This document shows, piece after piece, positions 57,475 to 64,000 of a stretch of DNA of 64,000 nt (positions within the stretch are counted from its first letter, which is position 1; each line of letters starts with the position of its first letter). The DNA is from a bacterium (GTDB taxonomy: Bacteria; Electryoneota; Electryoneia; Electryoneales; Electryoneaceae): the NCBI GenBank assembly GCA_963669175.1, contig OY769902.1, positions 2,112,001-2,176,000 of the forward strand. Reading direction: 5' to 3'. A program made the translations under genes and the position numbers. The notes under the pieces were generated by a model that saw only the letters and a list, made by a program, of their open reading frames with translations, made no database searches and had not been told where the DNA came from.

Positions 57475-58698
57475 TTACTCCTGTCGCAAGGCGGTTATCG
57501 GGTCCATACGTGAGGCCCGGAATGCTGGGAATAAACCGAAAATCAATCCAACCACCGCAGAGAAAAGCATGGCGGATAACGCGAGCCAGATTGGCAATGA
57601 AGTCGGGAGGGAGCTTTTCATCGCCTGCCCTCCGGCAGCAGCCAGGAGAATGCCGATCACACCTCCAGACGCACAAATGGTCATGGCTTCGACCAGGAAT
57701 TGCCACAGGATGTGGTAGTTCTTCGCGCCAACAGCCTTGCGCATGCCGATCTCCCAGGTCCGTTCGGTCACGGAAACCAGCATGATATTCATGATACCAA
57801 TGCCGCCGACCAGCAGGCTGATCCCACCGATGACAACACCTGCGCCATACACTCCGGCTGTTATCCTCTTATAAAAGTCCATCAACATGCTTTGCTCGTT
57901 GATGGCGAAATTGTCTTCTTCGGAAGGTGTCAGGTTGCGTGAGCGTCGCATAATTCCGGTAAGCTCATCTTTCAACGCTTCAACATCTCCGCCTTCGTAT
58001 CCCATGACACAAATGGTGACCCCACGACGGAATCCATAATTATCCATCATGGTCGATAGCGGGATCAGGATGTTGTTGTCATTGGATTCGCCAAAAGAGG
58101 TACCTTTCTCTTCCAACACACCGACTACTTTGAAGTTGAAAGCGCCGATACGAATATCTCTGCCCACCGGGTCAAAGGGTTCGAAGAACTGTTCGGCTAT
58201 TTCAGACCCGATCACGCAAACTTTTCGTGAAGTGCGTATGTCGGTTTGGGTGATGAAGCGTCCTGTCTCGGGAATAAAGTCGCTGGTAATAGCAAATTCC
58301 GGCGTGCATCCCACGATGCCGACACCGTCCGAGGTCTTGTCCCGGAACGCGATCGGACGAACGGTCCAGGAATAGGCAGCAACAGACTCGGCCAGATCGG
58401 CCTGCTCTTTCACTGCTTCGAAATTTTCCATGGTCAGGCGGGGACGGTTGCGATAACGCCACCAATCATCCATGATGATCCAGGGAAATTGCTCAATGTA
58501 GACGGTCCGGCTGCCGATAAAGGCAATCTGTTGAGCAAAGGATTTGTTCAATCCCTGTATGATCATCAGCATCAATGTCACAGTGACGACACCGATGACG
58601 ATACCAAGCGTGGTGAGGATGGTTCGGGTTTTGTTCGCTTTCAATGCTCGAAACGCAATGCGTAACCCTTCGAGCAAAGTGCTGAAGAACAGTTTCAT
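57475..58698 (-). CDS. ABC transporter permease (MacB/FtsX family)
   Basis: RTILTTLGIVIGV; GGIGIMNIMLVSVTERTWEIGMRKAVGA. Start uncertain (ORF track gives 58755). Confidence 0.93.
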   Translation of the reverse strand: MKLFFSTLLEGLRIAFRALKANKTRTILTTLGIVIGVVTVTLMLMIIQGLNKSFAQQIAFIGSRTVYIEQFPWIIMDDWWRYRNRPRLTMENFEAVKEQADLAESVAAYSWTVRPIAFRDKTSDGVGIVGCTPEFAITSDFIPETGRFITQTDIRTSRKVCVIGSEIAEQFFEPFDPVGRDIRIGAFNFKVVGVLEEKGTSFGESNDNNILIPLSTMMDNYGFRRGVTICVMGYEGGDVEALKDELTGIMRRSRNLTPSEEDNFAINEQSMLMDFYKRITAGVYGAGVVIGGISLLVGGIGIMNIMLVSVTERTWEIGMRKAVGAKNYHILWQFLVEAMTICASGGVIGILLAAAGGQAMKSSLPTSLPIWLALSAMLFSAVVGLIFGLFPAFRASRMDPITALRQE

Positions 58699-59022
58699 CA
58701 AATAACCCCGGCTCTCTCTGGTCGACTCTTGCCACCCTTTTCGGATGTAATTCACTCTCTTTAGACGTAGCGTTGTGGGGCAAAGTTACATCAGGTGTTG
58801 TAAACTGCCACACTATACAACTGCGTCATGGTGTTGAAATTTCAAAGGTTGAAAAAAAGTGAAATATCTTCAAAAACATTTCGATTTTATTCTGCAAATT
58901 ACATACCTTTCAAAGAATTGGTGAGGTGGAATGGGCCACATGAATATGGGTTTTCATGGATAAAACCCCGCGCAACAGGTGTAAAGATATCATCAGAGTA
59001 ATCAGTATGGTAAGTCTAACTC

Positions 59023-59052
59023 TTGCGCGACAGAGCTTTCTTCATCTATACT
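59023..59052 (+). promoter_or_regulatory. Sigma70-type promoter of the radical SAM cluster
   Basis: TTGCGC-18 bp-TATACT upstream of the GGAGGTG RBS. Confidence 0.45.
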
Positions 59053-59089
59053 TGAGCAATTGTGAATTTATCAGGAGAGGAGGTGCTAC

Positions 59090-59998
59090 TTGAGTAATAA
59101 TCGCCTGAATATTGATTTGCACGGAGTAACATTCGCTGTTGATAAAGGCGCTTCCCTGATGGAACGTCAAATTCGATGGGACAAGAGCATCCAGCCCTTT
59201 TACAAGAAGAACATTGACGATGTGGATGTTCAAATTACCCTGGGAGAGCGGGAAAGCGGCGACCTCCGGATTGATGGTGAATTGCAGGAAGAATCGGATG
59301 GGTGGCAGTTTTATCACTCTGATCAAACGGGCTGGGATTGCATTAAAAAACGGAGCAAGCCGTTGGAAGAGCTTGAAGGTGAGCAGGATCATTCTCCGTA
59401 TTCATCACGTTTAAAAATCACCAATGACATGAAAAATGTAGAAGCCTATTTCCATGTTCATGACAGGCATAAACACACTGCATGCGGGTGGAGAAATATG
59501 GATTTGTTATTTCTTTCGCTCTATTTCCCTTTCCGTAAGCGCCTGCTGTTTCATTCCAGCGCAGTATCGCTTGATGGGAACGGCTACCTTTTTATCGGGG
59601 AATCCGGATCAGGAAAGTCGACCATCGCGCGTCAGTTTCAAGATGCCGGAGCGATTGTGTTAAGCGATGAACGTAATGTTACTTACGTCGAAAATGGTCA
59701 GCCGTTTGTTCATGGCACGTGGTTGCACAGTGATTTTCTGGCAAACTCTGACCTGCTGGTTCCCTTGAAAGGCATCTTTCTCCTGAATCAGGCGGAAGAG
59801 AACCAGGTCGTCAGGATAGCATCGTTGCAAGAGAAGTATTTTCACCTGCTTCGTTTTGTGACTCGTCAATTGACGCCGCCATATTGGTGGGAAAACACGC
59901 TCGCACAGATTGAACGACTAAACCTGTTTGCTTCCATGTACAACCTGTCATTTGATTTGAGCGGCGCCATTGTGACAGAGGTCAGAAAGCTGACGTAA
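59090..59998 (+). CDS. HPr-kinase-related P-loop protein (ScmC/HprK-rel-like)
   Basis: LFHSSAV...GYLF.GESGSGKST...LSDE...VHGT motif series. Confidence 0.85.
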   Translation: MSNNRLNIDLHGVTFAVDKGASLMERQIRWDKSIQPFYKKNIDDVDVQITLGERESGDLRIDGELQEESDGWQFYHSDQTGWDCIKKRSKPLEELEGEQDHSPYSSRLKITNDMKNVEAYFHVHDRHKHTACGWRNMDLLFLSLYFPFRKRLLFHSSAVSLDGNGYLFIGESGSGKSTIARQFQDAGAIVLSDERNVTYVENGQPFVHGTWLHSDFLANSDLLVPLKGIFLLNQAEENQVVRIASLQEKYFHLLRFVTRQLTPPYWWENTLAQIERLNLFASMYNLSFDLSGAIVTEVRKLT

Positions 59999-61248
59999 TG
60001 ACAGTCATAAAAAGCAAGTATGTGCAGGAAGCTTCTGCAGTGGAGTTTCTCAATAACCTGATGAATAAGGGAAAACTAGGCCGGTTGTCGTTTGAACTTA
60101 CACGCAGGTGCAACTTTAATTGTAGACACTGTTATACAAACCAGCCGGCTGGAAGCCGGGAAGAACGTACACAGGAATTATCAACTTCAAAGATTCTAAG
60201 CCTGTTGGAGGAAGCGGAAGCAATAGGCTGCCAGACGATTCAGATGACAGGCGGCGAACCGCTGTTACGTCAGGATTTTGCCACTATCTATAAACGTACC
60301 AGACAGTTGGGAATGAATGTCTCGCTTTCAACAAATGCAGCCTTGATAACGAAAGAACTGGCAGATCTTTTTGCGCAATACCCGCCGGGTGATGGTATAC
60401 TGGTATCTATCTATGGTCTTAGTGATGAGGAATATGAAAAGACGACCGGGCAAAAGGGGGGATTGGACAAGGTAAAACGTGGTCTCAAGTTGCTTAAGGA
60501 AAGAAACATTCAGGTTTCTATAAGGGCAAACCTGCTGGATCCACAGCCTGGTTTGGAGCAGGAGTTTCAGGCATTTGTACGTGAATTCACCCATGATGAA
60601 GAGACGCCCGTCAACTGGCCGATGAAATTATCACTGAGACAATACCATGATTCAGACGAGGCGAATGATCGAATCAAAAATCTCAGGTTTTCCGGGAAAG
60701 AATGGGTTCAACGTGCGATCCAGGAAAACCCTGACTACTTTTTTGTAGAGATGGGCGCCGCACTTTGCAGGCTGAGCGGGATCAGCGGGAATAAACCATT
60801 TGTATGTCAGGCTGGAATCAAGTTAGGGGCTGTTTCGTATGATGGCATGTACAAACCTTGCATGGTGTTTGGCAAATCTGATTTTGACATTGATCTGCGT
60901 GAACATACCCTGGCAGAAGCCGTTGCGATGACCAGGGAAAGGATGCTGACACTTACCAGTCAACATCCGAACTTTGAAAAGCAATGCGCACGATGTTTCC
61001 TGCGGGCAAACTGTAAATCCTGTCCGGGGCGCAGTGATGCAGAACATGGAAAGTTTGATCAGCCTGTTGACTATTTTTGTGAACTTGCACATGAAGAGGC
61101 TAGGTACTTTAATCTGTTGGGGCCGGATGAAAAAGCCTGGGAAATTGCAGATTGGCGCACACGTATAGAAGCCCTGCGAAACAGGTTGGTCGAGAAAGGT
61201 GTTGATTACCGGAGTACCATTCCTAGAGGAGAAAAAGGCGATGAGTGA
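59998..61248 (+). CDS. Radical SAM/SPASM peptide maturase 1
   Basis: CNFNCRHC, TGGEPLL and STNA; SPASM cysteines CQAG...PC...CARC.....CKSCPG...C. Confidence 0.95.
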   Translation: MTVIKSKYVQEASAVEFLNNLMNKGKLGRLSFELTRRCNFNCRHCYTNQPAGSREERTQELSTSKILSLLEEAEAIGCQTIQMTGGEPLLRQDFATIYKRTRQLGMNVSLSTNAALITKELADLFAQYPPGDGILVSIYGLSDEEYEKTTGQKGGLDKVKRGLKLLKERNIQVSIRANLLDPQPGLEQEFQAFVREFTHDEETPVNWPMKLSLRQYHDSDEANDRIKNLRFSGKEWVQRAIQENPDYFFVEMGAALCRLSGISGNKPFVCQAGIKLGAVSYDGMYKPCMVFGKSDFDIDLREHTLAEAVAMTRERMLTLTSQHPNFEKQCARCFLRANCKSCPGRSDAEHGKFDQPVDYFCELAHEEARYFNLLGPDEKAWEIADWRTRIEALRNRLVEKGVDYRSTIPRGEKGDE

Positions 61249-61543
61249 TAGCATGTTGAACAAAACATATGGTCCTAATGGGGAAATAGTGGCGCGTGAA
61301 GTTGAAGGCGAATTTCTGCTGGTGCCAATCAAGGCGGGAGTGGGTGAGATTGAAGAAGCCTTATACGCGTTAAACGAAACCGGAAAAAGTATCTGGCAGA
61401 AACTGGATGGATCACGTTCTGTGGAGCAGGCAATTCAGGAACTTGCGCAGGAATATGGCGCTGAGCCGGACCTGATCGAAGAAGATGTTCTCGGACTTCT
61501 GGAAGCGCTTCTTGAAAAACACCTTCTGGTTGAGAAAGCCTGA
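61241..61543 (+). CDS. PqqD family peptide chaperone (RiPP recognition element)
   Basis: VAREVEGE..LVP...LNETG..IW..LDG......I...L..EY....I..DV...L..L. Confidence 0.93.
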   Translation: MSDSMLNKTYGPNGEIVAREVEGEFLLVPIKAGVGEIEEALYALNETGKSIWQKLDGSRSVEQAIQELAQEYGAEPDLIEEDVLGLLEALLEKHLLVEKA

Positions 61544-61548
61544 TCCAC

Positions 61549-62043
61549 ATGTCGCATCGCCATGTCCGGAATCAAACGGGTCGGATAATCACTTTTACTG
61601 CTGCGGTTGGGGTGATACGTGCTGTTCTCGAGAAAGACAGGGAATTTCACTTGACTGCACGTGGCAACAGCATGTCACCTTTCATCAAACCTGCTGATAT
61701 CATAACCCTGAGTAGTTATAACGGAACCTCTCCTGAAGTCGGTGATATCGTTGCAGTTTATCTTCCCCGAAAGAAGATGTTGATTGTACACCGGTTGATA
61801 GCCAGGCATCCGAATGGTTTCGTGATGGCTGGCGACAATTCATTCAGGATGGATGGGCTGGTACGGAATCAGGAGATCGTTGGGAAAGTAACTGAGGTGC
61901 AACGCAACGGACACAGGAAAAAGACAGGTGTTGAAACCTATACCAGGACAATTGCCTGGGCGCGTAGACAATCCCTGCGTGGAAAGGGGGGCCAAATCGT
62001 GTGGCGAGGGATGCTTCAAGTTGCAAAGAAGGTTTTAGCATGA
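61549..62043 (+). CDS. S24/S26 family peptidase (candidate leader peptidase)
   Basis: GNSMSPFI (catalytic Ser), GDIV, IVHRL (His in the Lys position), GDN..D, IVGKV. Confidence 0.88.
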   Translation: MSHRHVRNQTGRIITFTAAVGVIRAVLEKDREFHLTARGNSMSPFIKPADIITLSSYNGTSPEVGDIVAVYLPRKKMLIVHRLIARHPNGFVMAGDNSFRMDGLVRNQEIVGKVTEVQRNGHRKKTGVETYTRTIAWARRQSLRGKGGQIVWRGMLQVAKKVLA

Positions 62044-63161
62044 GTGAAAGCAAATACCTGAGCATCCCAAGTCAGGACGACAAGGAAAACGAGCTCCTGC
62101 TCAAGCTTGGAAAGGCTGGCAGGTTGAAGGACGTGGACATAGAGATTACCTCACGCTGTAATCTCCGTTGCAGACACTGTTATATCAAGGAGGCCGGCAA
62201 CAATCAACAGGCAAAAGATCGTGAGCTATCAGTAGAACAATGGCATGATATTATGCGCCAGGTTGCTGCAATGGGCGCTCTGAATTGCACAATTACCGGG
62301 GGCGATCCCCTGTTGCGAAAGGATTTCAAAGAGCTGTACCTGATGCTGAAACGGGAAGGGTTCCTGATAACAGTGTATTCGAATCTTACGTTGCTATCAG
62401 ATAAGCTATTCAAGCTGTTCGAAGAGTATCCGCCCATGTTACTGGAATCAACTGTTTATGGTGTGTCGGACGCTACTTATTCTCGTGTCACAGGAATCGC
62501 AGGCGCTTTCACCAGGTTCAAACAGAATGTCGAACGTATCAGGCAAGCCGGGATTCCCCTGGGATTAAAAGCAATGTTGCTCCACTCCAACCTTTGTGAA
62601 GCAGAAGCAATTGTTGACTATTGTATTGCGAACAGCGATGAACCACCGCGCTTTGACGCTGCGTTGGTGCTTCGACATGATGGTGATGCAGGGCTGAATG
62701 CTGTAATTCGGGATGAGCGGCTAACCGGCGAAGAAATTGTTAGCATCTTCGAACAAAGTCCTACGATAGCTTCGAATCTGGATTCTTTTTTCGAGACAGG
62801 TCGAAAAGCGAAAGACTACTTGGGCAAAGAGGTCCTTTTTACCTGTAGTGCTGGTATCGCCAGCGCGACAATCGGAGCTGATGGGATAATGCGTCCATGC
62901 AGCCTGCTGGTTCATCCTGACTACCTGTTCGATTTGAAAAAAATGCCGGTTCATGAAGCATTCAGACAATTACAGCAAAAAGTCAGGAACAGCAAAGTGG
63001 CTTCGCCGGAGCTTTATCCTTGTTCAACGTGCGAGTTGCGTGGGGCGTGTATGACCTGTCCAGCAATAAACTACCTGGAAACCGGGAGTCTTGAAAAAAT
63101 AGCGCCTTCTCTTTGCGACCTAAGTCACAAAGTCGTTTCTTTCAATAAAAGTAAGGCTTGA
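62040..63161 (+). CDS. Radical SAM/SPASM peptide maturase 2
   Basis: CNLRCRHC, TGGDPLL; CSAG...PC...CSTC.....CMTCPA...C; ATGA overlap. Confidence 0.95.
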   Translation: MSESKYLSIPSQDDKENELLLKLGKAGRLKDVDIEITSRCNLRCRHCYIKEAGNNQQAKDRELSVEQWHDIMRQVAAMGALNCTITGGDPLLRKDFKELYLMLKREGFLITVYSNLTLLSDKLFKLFEEYPPMLLESTVYGVSDATYSRVTGIAGAFTRFKQNVERIRQAGIPLGLKAMLLHSNLCEAEAIVDYCIANSDEPPRFDAALVLRHDGDAGLNAVIRDERLTGEEIVSIFEQSPTIASNLDSFFETGRKAKDYLGKEVLFTCSAGIASATIGADGIMRPCSLLVHPDYLFDLKKMPVHEAFRQLQQKVRNSKVASPELYPCSTCELRGACMTCPAINYLETGSLEKIAPSLCDLSHKVVSFNKSKA

Positions 63162-63300
63162 CCGGAATCATCTTCTTAGTTACCTTATTAAACCCAGTAA
63201 GGTGGCTTAAATGATTGTTTTAGTTGTTAATAGAGTGACGTAGATCACAAATTCAAAGTGATCATAAAGTGCAATTGCATACTGCTAAAGGAGATAGATC

Positions 63301-63450
63301 ATGAAGAAAGAGTGGAAAACCCCAGTTCTGACAGTTTTGCTGAAAGGGAAACTGGAGGGCGGATTCCTGGCTTGCCATTCCGGCGGCGCAAGTTCAGATC
63401 CGTATCATGAAGTACTCAAGTGTGCCACCCAGTTGGCATGTTCACAGTAA
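63301..63450 (+). CDS. Candidate RiPP precursor peptide, 49 aa: MKKEWKTPVLTVLLKGKLEGGFLACHSGGASSDPYHEVLKCATQLACSQ
   Basis: Translated by hand (below the ORF-track cutoff); AAGGAG RBS 7 nt upstream; WxxPxL leader; three Cys; lies between the rSAM gene and the ABC exporter. Confidence 0.85.
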   Translation: MKKEWKTPVLTVLLKGKLEGGFLACHSGGASSDPYHEVLKCATQLACSQ

Positions 63451-64000
63451 AACTGAAGCATTTTCGTTTTACATCCAGATTACTTCGTTCTACTGATCCA
63501 AAGGGTTTTTTTACCAGTTCAATCTTGTCTGTTCTACAGGGGCTCATGCCCCTTTTGTTACTCTATCTGGTGAAATTGCTGATTGATCGTCTGTCACAGG
63601 TCTTGTCAGGCAACACAGTAGATATTAATGAGATACAGGTAGTCTGGGTCGTTATCGCATTGGGAGGGGTGTCGCTTTTCCAAAGCGCACTAGCGCATAT
63701 TGCCAATTATTACAACCAGGTATTCAGCGAAAGAATGGTTGACCAGGTCCAGGACATCATTCATTCAAAATCCATAACCTTGGATGTGGAATACTATGAG
63801 AATTCTTCTTACTACAACATTCTGCATCTTGTCCAGCAGGAAGGACGCCATCGTGTAGCGCACCTTACCAGGATATACAGTAACCTGGTACTCAATACAG
63901 TTACTCTTCTGTCGATGTCGGTAGCGTTGCTTGTTGTCAGCAAGCATGTTGGCTGGATTCTTCTACTTGCCAGTTTTCCTGCTCTTTGGGTCCGATTCAA
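63438..64000 (+). CDS. ABC exporter permease/ATP-binding protein, N-terminal part (runs off the window)
   Basis: Open frame from ATG 63438: ...LQGLMPLLLLYLVKLLID...KSITLDVEYYENSSYYN..., typical of RiPP-associated ABC exporters. Confidence 0.85.
   Translation, partial: MFTVKLKHFRFTSRLLRSTDPKGFFTSSILSVLQGLMPLLLLYLVKLLIDRLSQVLSGNTVDINEIQVVWVVIALGGVSLFQSALAHIANYYNQVFSERMVDQVQDIIHSKSITLDVEYYENSSYYNILHLVQQEGRHRVAHLTRIYSNLVLNTVTLLSMSVALLVVSKHVGWILLLASFPALWVRF

Noticed and set aside
63203-63219. Sigma54 promoter before the precursor (TGGCTTAAATGATTGT)
   Set aside because: Spacing is off by one and there is no -12 GC.

Overview
The window comes from a diderm bacterium, probably an FCB-related lineage: six proteins end in T9SS/FlgD-type 'PNPFN...G.YF' C-terminal sorting domains (CTDs). 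It opens with the 3' end of an rRNA operon (23S, 5S, terminator). Next comes a large secretome block: an FG-GAP protein, an S8 protease, a propeller-repeat protein, a FecR-domain pair, an intact IS5 element with a 6-bp target-site duplication (TSD), two mosaic beta-helix paralogues and a beta-barrel outer-membrane protein. The middle holds an NYN RNase behind a promoter and a terminator/anti-terminator leader, a GH97, and a sigma54-controlled MacAB-type export operon with its two-component system. It also holds an AT-rich metzincin island, a dense set of REP/MITE repeats sharing an AAACAGAC hairpin loop, and a double-cubane-cluster reductase pair with a structured leader. A 7.4-kb tyrosine-integrase element sits in tRNA-Pro(GGG), followed by MerR and two ABC permeases. 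The window ends in a RiPP-type cluster: HPr-kinase-like protein, two radical SAM/SPASM enzymes, PqqD, S26 peptidase, a 49-aa Cys-containing precursor absent from the ORF track, and a truncated ABC exporter. All family calls come from motif recognition by eye; no database searches were run.
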